Virus record (IMG/VR): IMGVR_UViG_3300028833_000058
DNA length: 64,000 nt
Source: a virus
Lineage: Duplodnaviria > Caudoviricetes
Reading direction: 5' to 3' (one strand)
This document shows positions 47,036 through 59,594 of this stretch, piece by piece. A program made the position numbers and the translations under genes. Every line of letters starts with the position of its first letter. Position 1 is the first letter of the stretch. Below the pieces are notes generated by a model. That model was not told the DNA's origin and made no database searches. It saw only the letters and a program-made list of their open reading frames with translations.

Positions 47036-47407
47036 TTACTCATGTTTAACACCTTCGTGAATATTACCAACTACTCTAACATTTCTTCTAATGAGTTTTT
47101 CTTGGTCATATTTATACATTCTGACTAAGAATCTAGCAGACTTTTTGTCAAAGAAAACAACACCTTGGTCACTCTTTGTGTTATCATCTTCCAATATGTC
47201 ACCTTCGTATATTGGTTTTTTGTTTTTATCTCTCAATCCAGTAGGCATTTCAAGTTCATAGTTAGAAGTATCTTTGTAAAGTTTATACATCATACCATAT
47301 GGATTTTCTTCTGTTCCTTTGTTCAAAACAGCTTGCATGTAGTATGTATGGTCGATGTATTTATGTTCACTTATACTCCAAAAACGAGGTAAACTTCTAT
47401 TTGTCAT
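47036..47407 (-). CDS. YopX-family protein
   Basis: TGLRDKNKKPIYEGDIL...VVGNIHE. Confidence 0.85.
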   Translation of the reverse strand: MTNRSLPRFWSISEHKYIDHTYYMQAVLNKGTEENPYGMMYKLYKDTSNYELEMPTGLRDKNKKPIYEGDILEDDNTKSDQGVVFFDKKSARFLVRMYKYDQEKLIRRNVRVVGNIHEGVKHE

Positions 47408-47624
47408 CTTTTACTATCTCCCATTCGTTGTTGTTTAAGATTTCATCGAAAGTCAACATAGTATCATCTTCATCCCAAAATGGTTTGTTGTGACCGTCAA
47501 TGAACTCTAAGTCAGTTTCCCAATGTTCGACTTCGTGTTTTCTTTTGTTATATCTATAAGTTTCAATCCCATCTGTAAATTTTTCACCCTTACGGATTTG
47601 CGGTAAAATTTCTTCAAATTTCAT
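47397..47624 (-). CDS. DUF2829/Tad2-like protein
   Basis: MKFEEIL..IRKGEK...EILNNNEWEIV. Confidence 0.5.
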   Translation of the reverse strand: MKFEEILPQIRKGEKFTDGIETYRYNKRKHEVEHWETDLEFIDGHNKPFWDEDDTMLTFDEILNNNEWEIVKDDK

Positions 47625-48574
47625 TTTGTCTCTCCATAAGCATTTTCATGTTCCATCTGTTATGCGATTGTAAATCAGTTTCACACATTTTAACCATTTG
47701 TTCATTTGGATTCTCACCTTTAACTGGATTCTTACCACAATGAGAAACAAATTCGTCTTTTAAAACTTCTTTTATGTCAACTTTATCTGGATATATTTCG
47801 GTTGTATCAGCATCTAATTCATGTCTAACAAACGATACAGCACGTTGTATCCCTGTTAATTCCGATACATCTATTACGTTCTTATAATAAACTGTATTAT
47901 TTCTTGCGACTAAAATACTTGTGTTCATGCCATCTGTCTTGGTGTAAATTTGTACTATCATTTGTTTATGGCTCCCAAATAATTCGTTCATACATGCAGT
48001 TTCCATGTCATCTTTCATATTTAGCACACTCCTATTGTATTCGGATAAAATCTTGCACCAGCTTTGACGATTAAATCTTCATCAAATCGTTGGTCTTCAC
48101 CTTTACAAGCACCAATATAGTATTTTTCTTCATTGGTCATTGTATCTCTTATTTTTATAATACCAATACACTTTAAATCACCATTATCAGCGTAGTTATA
48201 CACAGTGATTGGATACCACCAAGAATCCACTATTACCATATTTGTATCTTCTACTTTTCGCATTTTACACCTTTTTCTTCTTTGATAACTCTTACTAATG
48301 TCTTAGCTAATTTCTTGTACATTGGTCTACCTAAGTCTTGTTCAACCTCAAGTCTACAAGTTGAAAAATTATTAAATAGCCACAAATAAAAAACAGAAGC
48401 TAATTTATCACCTTCAAAGAATTCATTGGCATAATATTCAATTCTTTTTGGCTCAAACTGACCTTCTGTCATTTTGTCATAGTCAAGTACATACTTCATT
48501 CTTACCCCAAACAATGTTACAAATACTGTTATAAAGCAATATTATGAAAAAGTAAAGTTAATTTTATAATTCAA

Positions 48575-49045
48575 TTAATGGTTCATAATTCCATCTTCGT
48601 AAAGTTTTTTAACTTCTTCAAGTCTTTTCAATTGTGATTCAGATAACTCCATGTTGAAAGTTAATCCTAATCTATTTAATTCTGATTCCAACTCTTTTAG
48701 ACATTTTTGGCCAAACCATGGAAGACGCATAAACTTTACTGGTGAATAACGAACAATATCCCCTAGTAACACATTTTCGGTTCCAAATTTCTTTTTAAGA
48801 CAATTAAAACATCTAACACTCAAATTAATTCTGTCTATGACACGTTCATAATATATTTCACGGTCAGCTAATTCCCATCTGTCGCTACTTAAATCATCAC
48901 CTGGAACATTTGTGTGACAACCGTTTGGATAATCGTCATTGACAATTTCAAAATGGCCTTCATATAGCCTAAAATTTTCACCTGGTACACCACGAGTTAT
49001 CATATACCCTTTTCTCATCCATTCTAATGCTTGCTCAAAATACAT
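48575..49045 (-). CDS. DUF2829/Tad2-like domain fused to an RNA polymerase alpha-CTD-like domain
   Basis: MYFEQALEWMRKG...DLSSDRWEL followed by IDRINLSVRCFNCLKK...FGQKCLKELESELNRLGLTFNM. Confidence 0.7.
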   Translation of the reverse strand: MYFEQALEWMRKGYMITRGVPGENFRLYEGHFEIVNDDYPNGCHTNVPGDDLSSDRWELADREIYYERVIDRINLSVRCFNCLKKKFGTENVLLGDIVRYSPVKFMRLPWFGQKCLKELESELNRLGLTFNMELSESQLKRLEEVKKLYEDGIMNH

Positions 49046-50861
49046 TTCAATTTATCTCCATTAAGAATTTAAGACTCTTTTAATTAGTTCATCTTAGCTT
49101 TTAACTGTGTTAGGATTGTGGCCTGTTTGTTCAACTCCTCAATATTTTGAAGTTTTTGCTCTATAAAAGCTCTATGTTCGTCAAGGTTATACATATCTTC
49201 TTCTATAACATTTTTCAACGTTTCAACCGCAATCTTCAATTGTTTTTCCAAGCGTTCTATCTTTTCTAAAGCCTGTATCAGCATATCTGTTCTACCGCTT
49301 GGTTCATCGTTACATTTATTAAATTCGTGTTGCGACTTGATTTCACAAGAGTTTAAGGCTCTCTTGATTAGTTCATCTTCTTTATTAATTGACATTTAAC
49401 AACTCCTTTCTTTTAGATAATAACTCTAAAATTTTTTCTTTAAATTCTTTTATTGTTTCACACCTACCAAACGAACCTTTACCAAATATTCTCATTATGC
49501 TCCAATGATAAGAATTACTGTCACAATATACATTTATCCACACGTGTTCCGTGATAAACCAATTAGCTTCAGTCCTATGACCATTCGTAAAGTGTTGGTC
49601 TGGATTCAAATTATGAATAAAATCACAAATCTCTTTTGTCTTTTTTCTGTATCTAAAAGGAATATATTTAGGATTGTAGCTCATTTAATAACTCCTGTAA
49701 GACTTAAAATCATTAAGTCAAAAAGTATCATCTCAAACACTCCACTATATAGATAATTTAAAAGTGTCCCCCAGTTTAAACTTTCTGCTTTTCCTGTCAG
49801 AAGTTTCCAACATAAGTAAAAAATTAAACAAGCGTTAATTATCATCTGTCTGCTCCTTATAACATTCGTTTGGAATTTCTTTATATTCTATACAATGGCA
49901 TCTTCTTATTGGCATCATAGTTTTTGTTGCTGCATTATAATACATCATTAAGAGGTGACAACTACTTTTTATACATACAGATTCTGTAGGTTTACTACAA
50001 TCCTTACAACCACAAAGCAATAGACACAATATAAGGATGTATTTACTCATCTGTCTGCTCCTTATTGAATAATTTTGGGAAAAGTCTTTTTGTTTGTTGT
50101 TCAATTACCTGAAGCCCTTTTTCTTTTACTTCATCAAATAGTTTCTTTTGTTCAGGGGTAAATTTGCCAACAAGATTTCTGTATGTACAATCATCTTCAT
50201 CATCATAGCCACCTATGTACCAATTCTGTTGTTCAATTTTCAACAATCTATGGTATGGACAATCACAATCTTCTTTATATTCTTCCCAACATTCATAATT
50301 ACCACCGCCCATTCTGGTGTAGATTATGAAATCATATTCTTCATAAGGACAATCTTCTGCTTTTAGAAAAACATCTCTAAATCTTGGGATTTCTTCATCA
50401 ATTCTAAACCCAAGAATACAGCTTAAAATTAAAGCTAAACTTCCGTTCATTCCATTTATCATATTATACAAGCTCATCTGTCTGCTCCTTTTCATAAAAT
50501 AAAACTGTGCTTTCCTTGTGTGGCGTGTTATCTTCAATAACTTGTCCGTTTTTATAAATAGCACATCTTCTTGGACAGAGGTGGTTTTCTCCGTATATCT
50601 CACAATCTCTGTCTATACTGTTCCAATAAATACAATGAGTCCTGCAAGTTATTCTCTCTTTAGTCATAAATATCCCTTTCGGCATTTGTTACCCAGTTGT
50701 CATAAGACGTTTTTGCCCGCTGTTCAAACGGTTTTAATCTCGTTATTTCATCTTTTAAATCATCTTGTTTTCTTATCTCTCGTCTTAAATCTTCTTTCAA
50801 GCGTTCGATTTCTCTATCCCGTTCATAAAGAGTATATATAAGAACGTCTTTGTCCATGTAA

Positions 50862-51083
50862 TCATACGCACTCATCTTCCACTACCTCCCAGTCTTCCGC
50901 AAACAATTCATTGTGTGTAATAGTATAATAGTATATACACCCTCTCCCATCTCTCCGACAAATTGCTTTATATTTTTCACCAAACCCATTACAGTATTCT
51001 GTTATGAATAAAGGAAAAACAGTCGTTGATGACTTAACCTTTTTACCCTCTCTCATAGCCTGTAAAGCCTGTTCAAATCTCAT
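50862..51083 (-). CDS. DUF2829/Tad2-like protein
   Basis: MRFEQALQAMREGKKV...ELFAEDWEVV; start after GGAG. Confidence 0.65.
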   Translation of the reverse strand: MRFEQALQAMREGKKVKSSTTVFPLFITEYCNGFGEKYKAICRRDGRGCIYYYTITHNELFAEDWEVVEDECV

Positions 51084-53696
51084 CTTTCTCTCCATTGTTG
51101 TAGTACAAAAATCAATAAAAATTCTATTACCCACTCAAGCATGAAAGCACCGAAAGCATAATTCCAGTCTGCAATAAAACCTTTATATCCAAACATCTGA
51201 CAATATGCCTGTATTAACATCAATATAAGTGCTATCATCTTAACAAAGCTCCTCAATCTCTTCTTTATTCAATCTACGACAATTCGGATAACTGTCATAA
51301 TTATTAACGAAATACATTTGGGCTCCTAAAATACCCTTTTCTATGTGGTGTAATTTACCGTATATTTTTTGTTTTTCTTCCCAAAAGCAACAAATCTTAC
51401 CTATGTCTTGGTCTGTTATCTCATAAACTGGTCGTGTGATTTCTGTTTTATCGTGCCAGTTTATTTTTAGAAAATTAGCTATATAACAATCTGCTGATGT
51501 TCTTCCTCCTTTTGTTTTATACCACAATTTAATATCAGAATCACAGATACCTCTTTTTATTGAGTACACCTCATCAGGCAATATATCCCACAAATCTTGC
51601 ATATCATATTCATTTTCTCTATCGAATACACGTTGTGTCATTGTTTATTCTCCTCAAACCCAATAAATTTAAACTCTTTAATCGGTAGTTTTTGTATAAA
51701 TGAAGGGTGATAATCTACCAAAGAACCACCTTTTTTTAATTTCTTTTTGAGCAATCTCATACTCCACACTTTTTTTCTCTTTGAATTGCCATAGTTATCA
51801 AAGAAGTGGCAGAATAAAACCTTACCAATAATCTTTTCTATCTTTACATACCAAAAATCCATTACTCTTCTCCTAATGTTTCATCAATAACTTCTATTCT
51901 AGAATACGGACACAAACAAAAATCTGTTCCTCTTTCTTTTAATTCTTGGTTTAATCTATTCAAGAGATTATCTGCACACCAAGTCCCCTCATTAAAATGA
52001 TAGTCAATCTGTTCTTTATCCCAATGCTGTGGCACATCTACTTCTAAATAAAGAGCTGCTTTTATCTTAACTGGTTTTGTTATCATTACACAACCGTCTT
52101 TATGAAATTCTCCTACTTGACTATGACAATAAAAACAACGGTCTGGTTCTCCAGCAGGTCTTATTCCATAATCATCTGGCTGGACAATAGGATTTTGTCC
52201 GTCTTTCATTTTATAACTTTCTTTATCTTTTAATCTTAAAAAATCTACCATTCCAAATCTCATTTGTTTTCTCCTAATACCTGATTAATTTCTTTGTCTA
52301 ATCTTGTGTTATTCTTCAAATGGTCTATACTCCCTTTGTAATGCTTTCTCAAATATTCAATTTCATCTCTGCACTCTTTCAGAAGTTTTTTGAGATTGGT
52401 GTTTTCTTCTTCTAAGAATGCAACATAATCTCCTTGATTAAACCATTCCTCAAAACTAGGTACTTCGGCAAGGACTTTGACACAATCGTATCCATTTTCA
52501 TCACAATATTGTTTTCCGTTTGCTTCAAACTTCCAATAAGGAATTATTGCTTCAAATGTTCTAAATGTTGCCTCAAATGGTTCGCTATCATAGAATGTGA
52601 TATAGTATTTTTTACCATTTATAAGTTCGCCTTTTATCCATTTCTCGGTTAAGTTAGTCATCTTTTAACTCCTCTATGAATTTCTCTTTTTCATGAAAAG
52701 CACTTATCAACCAAAGTATTGATAATCCCAAACCTATCCCGAAAAATAACCAATCTTTTCCTATGTTATCTAACGCAAGGTTAAAACAAAAACCTGATAA
52801 AAAAGCATAATATATCATTTTCCACCTACCTTTCTTAAAGTAATTTAATTTTATCTACGTTTGTTAAAATATACATTTCTATAAACCATTCTATTTTCTT
52901 CTGACATGTTTACTTTATCAAAGACTTTCTCTAGCTCTTGTTCAGTTAGTTTAATAACTTGTTTAGTGATTTCAATAGGTCTATCAGGATGTAAAGCACA
53001 CTCTTTAAGTGTTTCTATTAGACATTTATCTCGTTCAGCTTTAACCAATTCAAACATAAAACTATTGTTCTTAGAAACTCCTGTTGTCCATTCATGTTTT
53101 AATTTTCTTGGTTCTTGAGATTCAAAATTTACAATTTCTATTTCTAAATTCTCATCATGATTAAAATTTTCACTCATTATCCAAACTCCTCATTATCTCT
53201 AACATATTTTCAAAAGGCACATTCATTTCTATTAGTGTAGGGTACTTATCTACATCATTGTAATCACAGAATATAGCGTTACATTTTTTATAGAAGGTCA
53301 AAGGTATATCTTCGTGAGCTAAAAATTCATCATACTTGAATGTAAAGTAATACCATTCGTGTCCTTCACTCATGATATCCACTTGTTGTTTAGTAGGTGT
53401 AATCAAAACCCAACCGTATTTAAAAGCTTCTTTAACTAATTCTTCCCAAGTCATCAGTATAACTCCTTTAATCTTTTCGCAAATTCCTTTAGTGTTTTTG
53501 GTTTATGACAACATTCTTTTGGAGAATAAACTGTTATATGACCTGAACCCTTTGGAGTTTTTATATTTTCGTATTTTATATTTCTTTCGTGATGCAATAA
53601 ACACCCAATTGCACCACCATCAGCAGGACATCCGTAACAATTTTTGACTTTTCTCACCATTGACTCTTATCCTTAAACGTTATTTCAATCCTTTTG

Positions 53697-54425
53697 TTAT
53701 AATGCAAAAAATTCCCACTTCTTCTTTTTACAATGCTCTAATGCACTATTGTGTAAATTGCAAGAAGAACAATCGTTACATGGTTTTTTATCAACACAAC
53801 CTGGAGATTGACAATATGAACAGTATTTTAATATTTTATGCTCATGCAAATACCATAAAATATATTTCTTTTCAACCCACTCAAATGGTAAAAATAAATT
53901 AGCATTAGCGTTACTCATTGAGTTTATAGTTTCAAAAAGATTATTAAATTTATCCATAAAGTGCCATATATCATCGTTTTTTATATATCCAAACGAGATT
54001 AAACGGTTATCACTTCTAATGAAATTGGCCATCGCACTTAAAAACACTTGTGGTTGAGCAATACCTCCTTTGTTACAATAATCATCATAATCACCATCTT
54101 CTTTAATTTCAAATGTAATGTGATTGACTAATATTTTTTGTTTTTTGAATATCTTAAGTAACCGTTTTTGAGCAATTGTATCAACAGGATAACTTCCAAA
54201 TCGGTCATAGTTTACAGAAACAAGATTAATAGTTTTATGGAACTTTTCCCATAAATATAACACTAAAGCGGTAGAATCACATCCACCACTCCATAAAACA
54301 AAGATGTCTGAAATGTTTTCTGGTGTTTTTGTATAATTACCACACATATCATTTACCCAATTGAAAAATTCTGAGCCAACTATGTCTTCTTGTTTGTTCA
54401 TATTCAAATCCTTTTTATTCATCAA
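53697..54425 (-). CDS. QueC-like PP-loop ATPase
   Basis: LWSGGCDST, PFEWVEK, C-terminal C...C..CxxCxxC zinc site. Confidence 0.75.
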   Translation of the reverse strand: MMNKKDLNMNKQEDIVGSEFFNWVNDMCGNYTKTPENISDIFVLWSGGCDSTALVLYLWEKFHKTINLVSVNYDRFGSYPVDTIAQKRLLKIFKKQKILVNHITFEIKEDGDYDDYCNKGGIAQPQVFLSAMANFIRSDNRLISFGYIKNDDIWHFMDKFNNLFETINSMSNANANLFLPFEWVEKKYILWYLHEHKILKYCSYCQSPGCVDKKPCNDCSSCNLHNSALEHCKKKKWEFFAL

Positions 54426-57400
54426 TATATCTTAAACGGTTATAATCAATCCATTTACCGTTTTCTTAGTTATGTATTTGGTTAATTGTGGTCTACAGTT
54501 CATTTAAATTACTCCGTTGTTATTTCAATAGATAATCCTTTATACCATCCTTGTGCAAAATCATGTATCCTAATAACTTTTACGTCACATCTTAGATTTT
54601 TCAAAGAACAAAAAGTGTTTATTTTATCAACTGTACTATTGTTTTCTTTTAATATTTTTTCGTCATCAGTATCAACGCTATATCTATTATCCAACTCACA
54701 ATAGTAATGGTTGTTATTTTCCCTTTCTATATAACAATGATAAAGAATATCAGCTTTATTATCATCACAAAATTGAATCAAACCAGATTCGATAACCCAT
54801 TCTGGAACAGTTGGTTTTTGATGTTTTAAACAAAATATATCACAATTCATTGGTTGAACAGAAACCAACTCGTTTGCAACTAACTCTGGATAAATTTTTC
54901 TCATGATTTCTTCAGTTTTCATTACTCATCCTCAAACTTCTTTTTAACTCAAAACACATTTATCATCTCAATAGCCAATCATCAGGCTCAAGTTCAATTT
55001 CTTCATCTTCTGTTTCAAATAAGTCCGTTTCAAATAAGTCATCTATGGTAGTTTTACTATGTCCGAGATATTTAAATGTTCCATTTATAAATGGAAGTTC
55101 ATCAAAAAAATTACGTTCTAATGATTCTTCCAATACTTCGTACGCTGGATATTTAACATCTTCCCCAAAAGGCATAGCGTTTGACGATGTTTTTTTCAAA
55201 ATTCTAAATTTTAAACCATTATTAAAAGCCCAAATATCTCCGACTTCTGGTGTAAATTGACTCATCACTTATTCTCCCTATATAAAATTTCTGCAAAGCG
55301 TTTACCATTCTTGAAGAAAAACCTAATGCCATATAAAGTCTTATCATTTTCTTGCTTAGGCAAACCTTCAACAATCTTGCTTTTTAAACTTGGGTGAGCC
55401 AATTTGTATTCAGCCCACTTAGCTTGCTCTTGCAAGGTTTCATAGTCCATCATTGTCCATTCTCCGTCTTGAATAAATCATTGCTTTCCGTTTCGTTTTT
55501 TCCGATATATGTTAAAAACTCAAAATCTTTTAAAGGAATATGTCTTAATCGTAAATAAAATGGATTTTTGCTCCAGTCCTCTGCTATACAATCGGCATGG
55601 CTATTTTCATTATTAAAATCCCAGACTTTAGTTACTAATATTTTTTCACCATATCCATCTTTATATACATCTCCAACTTCTGGTGTAGCTTTACTCATAG
55701 TTTTTCTCCTTTAAATAAGTTAAGGGTTTCCGTCAATGTTACAACCATCTTCATCATACCATTCTTCCCAATCTTCTGTTTCTTCGTTATACTCTTCACA
55801 ACCAAAAACATTCCACTCTACTCTTTCATCTAACAAATCGGATTGTGCCAAAGCGTCAATGAGAATCCTTGCATGTGCTAAATCAGAAACTCTGTGGTAT
55901 TCTGTTTCTCCGTTTCTAATGTGATATATTCTCAATTTACTCATTTTCCACCTACTCTAATACTAACATCACTTGTCAATATTTTTTATCAACAAGGTCT
56001 TTGAATTGTCATTAACATTCAAAGAATTTATAAATAGTACTTGTTTATACTTTGAGGCAGAAAGCCATTTATCATTATATTTAAAATAGCAAGCTCCTAC
56101 AATAAACTTATATTCAGTTTTATACATTTCTGCATCTTTAGGACAGGCGTTGTATTCTAATACCCAAGGCAAAGCAAGTAACGATAGAATAAAACATGTG
56201 AATGTAAATAATTTAAGAAAATCTCTCATTGTTTATCTCCTTTAACTTGAATTAAACTCTTTGTCCAATCATCAGCAGGAGCGATGTCAAAAGCCTTATC
56301 TATACAATAATAGACAACGTTATCACAATCTGATAACCATTGTAAAAGTGATTTACTTTTTACAGGTTTTTTATTATACCACCACCATTCGCCGTCTTTA
56401 TCCATAGCAACCCAGCCCTTTTTCATAAATGGTATAATATCTTGTATGTTAATCATTCTTCACCCTCAAATTTAATTTCTAGTTCGCCATAGTCTTTTAT
56501 GATTTTTCTTTTTAGATACCCAAAGTCATAATATTTAACATAAAAGCCATCTGTACAAAGATACGGAAAATCTACATCATGCATATAATTTTTTATGCAT
56601 AGAGTATATTGTTCAAGACCATTTTCGTTTCTTTCAATAGTAAATTCTTTTTCTTCTACATAACATTTGCTACCATATAAACGAACTTCAACCGCATTAA
56701 ATTTATGTTCACCTCTTTTAAGTGTTTTAACGTAATCTTTAACCTTCATCACTCATTCTCCGTTTCAAATAGTTGCTCTATGTTTATTTTAGAGTTGCCA
56801 ATTAGTTTACCACTTCTTGTAAGATACGAGTTAAACACTGGAAGTATACTATAAACACCATTAGGTTCTTTAATTAGACAATTAGATACATTTTCGTTAG
56901 TTTCTATAACTCTACAAAGTCCTAAACTTTTTGTTGAGAAAACATCTCCGACTTGTGGCAACACATCTTTACTCATTTTCTACCCTTTCTTTTGTAACAT
57001 TTTACCGTATGTCTTAAATAAGTTTTTTAGATAATCCCAAATATCATCAAATCCCTCATATTCTAGATAATCTCCTGTACAGCCACTTTCCGAAAAAACA
57101 TAAGCATCTGATGAAGTTATCGTATCTAAAACTGCGTCAGCTTCATAACCTGCCTTTTCAAATCTATTATATATACTGTCATAAAACTCTCTTTGAGCTT
57201 CTGCGGCTTGTTTTAACAATACATTGGCTCTTAAATAAAGTTTCTCTTCTTTTTTTGTTAATCCAAATTTAACCATCTTTAAACCTCTCTGAATCAAATC
57301 TGTCTTTACCTAATTTTTTTGCACGTTCTATTTGTCTTTCGTATTTTTTATATTCTTCAAATGCTCTGAGGTACTTTGCTTGTGCAACCTTAAGTTCTTC

Positions 57401-58922
57401 TGCGCATCTTTCTACATAGGTTTTTTGATTTTTTAGACAATTCTCGTGCCATTCTATGCTCATACTACTCATGGCTTTTTCTCCACTTCTAATTGGCTTT
57501 TTTTAGTAGATGTTTGTTTGATTTCATTCTCTAACTTACGCAACTCGTCAACAGTCTTAGTACTTACAGGATTACCGCAAATATGAGTGAATCTTCCTTT
57601 ATCATCTACCAAGAGTTCGTTACCATTTATTACACATTTACAATTATCACAATATAACGCTTTACTTGGTGCATTAACTGGACAACATTCAAATTCAAAC
57701 TTAATAGTCATTGTTTAACCCTTTTTAGTAAATATTTGTTTAATTTCATCTGCTACTTTCTGGACAGCGATTTCTTGTTTTCTTTCAACATATGTATCGT
57801 ATCTGATGAATACACTACGTAAATCTTCAGGGTAATAATGACCAACGAAACCATTATCAAACGTTATTTCATATCGTGATTTTGACTTAATTTCTGTAAC
57901 AGTTCCAACCCATTGTGACACATGATGAACCAATTTGTCACCTAACTTGATTTTGCTGTTTATCAAGTAATGTTTATTATACATCTTCATACTCCTTGCT
58001 TATCGCAATACGGCTTGAGAATCTCCCATACTTTCTTTAAATCTTCATCAGAAACATCATCAAAATTCAACTTTTGACAAATCTTATGTGGTACAATTTG
58101 TCTAAAATTTGAAAGTCTTGCTTTGGCGTTGTGTTCTGCCACTTCTTCTGGAGTTTTACAATATTCCAAATAATAATGATAAAGCAGTCCACCACCTCTT
58201 TCTACCATATTGGATTTATTGAAGATTATGTTCATTGGTTCACCTTTACGAGTTACTTGAACCGTAAATGTACTTTTACTTTCTTTGATAAATCTACAGG
58301 GTAATAAAAGACCATTTAACATATTACCTCTATGACCAACGAATAAATTTTTCTTTTTCCAAATAGGTGTTGGTTCTTCTACCATTATTACGTCTTTCAT
58401 GTTATATCTGTATGTAATTTTTTCATCTGGATTTGTAGTCCATTTATAAGACACAATAACTGTATCGTTATTTTCGATACCTTCAAACTCTATATTTGGA
58501 GCCCATCTACGATATGTATCATTGACTAAAAAGTCGTATTTTTGACCAATTTTCAAATCCTTAATTTCCATTTCAAGTCCTTTCAGTTAGATAACTCTTT
58601 TGTTGACTTATTTGACCTTATCATTACAGTCCCATCTTCACCTTGTATCCTATGGTCATAATCAACATCATCAACGAATTCCATTTCACAAAACATTGTC
58701 GGTACAGCGTTAATTTCATATACAGAACCGTTACTTTGATATACACCTTGCTTATGGTTATAAGGTGGCTTTTTGTCATGATACCAAACATCAACGAATA
58801 ACGAATCTTTAGCTTGTGTCAAATCGTTATCACAAGTAGCTTCAGTTATATCAGATAGCTTAAGTACCTCAAGTATGAAATGGTTATCGTCTATTGACCT
58901 ATAAAAACCTTTTTTCTTTATT

Positions 58923-59594
58923 TCACTTAACTTCATTTCTACGCTCCAATTTTTTACGTGTTTCTTTTAATTCTATGTCCAAATCAGTCAACATTTTGGA
59001 AAATATCTTATACCAATAGTATCTTTTATCTGACTTTTTACGTTCTTTAAGTTGTTTTAAAGCACTAACTAAATCTTCCTTCTCGCCAATATATTTTATA
59101 GCAAAATCTAAATCATTGTCTGGAACAACTTCTGCTAAATTTTTAATGTTAGCAAGTATGTCAGCTACTTTTAAGCATTTTGCATCATAGGGTGCTTGCA
59201 AAATTTTTTCAAGATACTTTTGTTTTCTAAACTTTCTGTTTCCGTCTTTTGGTGTAAGTTCGTCTGTCACCCAATAAACTAAATCACATACACTCTTTCC
59301 AGAAAGCTTTTGTATCTGCTCATACGTAGTGTTTGTGTCTTCTACTGTGTCATGTAACAAAGCAGCAGAAATTAGTACTGAATAATCCAAAGGGTCAAAT
59401 GCAAACAAAGGAATATCGTCACAAGACTTCATATAATCATTAATTATTTTAGATACTAATTTCGGATGTTCTATATAAGGCTCATTAGTATATTTTCTCG
59501 TTTGATTTTTATGAGCTAGAGAAGCAAACGTAAGTGCACCCTCTATCATTGTATCTGCTAACCAATCTTTACATTCATTGCTCATATTTTCCAC
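58923..59594 (-). CDS. HD-domain protein, RelA/SpoT hydrolase (small alarmone hydrolase/Mesh1)-like
   Basis: AHxNQxRKYxxEPYIEHP, AALLHDTVEDT, KVADxxxN. Confidence 0.85.
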   Translation of the reverse strand: MENMSNECKDWLADTMIEGALTFASLAHKNQTRKYTNEPYIEHPKLVSKIINDYMKSCDDIPLFAFDPLDYSVLISAALLHDTVEDTNTTYEQIQKLSGKSVCDLVYWVTDELTPKDGNRKFRKQKYLEKILQAPYDAKCLKVADILANIKNLAEVVPDNDLDFAIKYIGEKEDLVSALKQLKERKKSDKRYYWYKIFSKMLTDLDIELKETRKKLERRNEVK

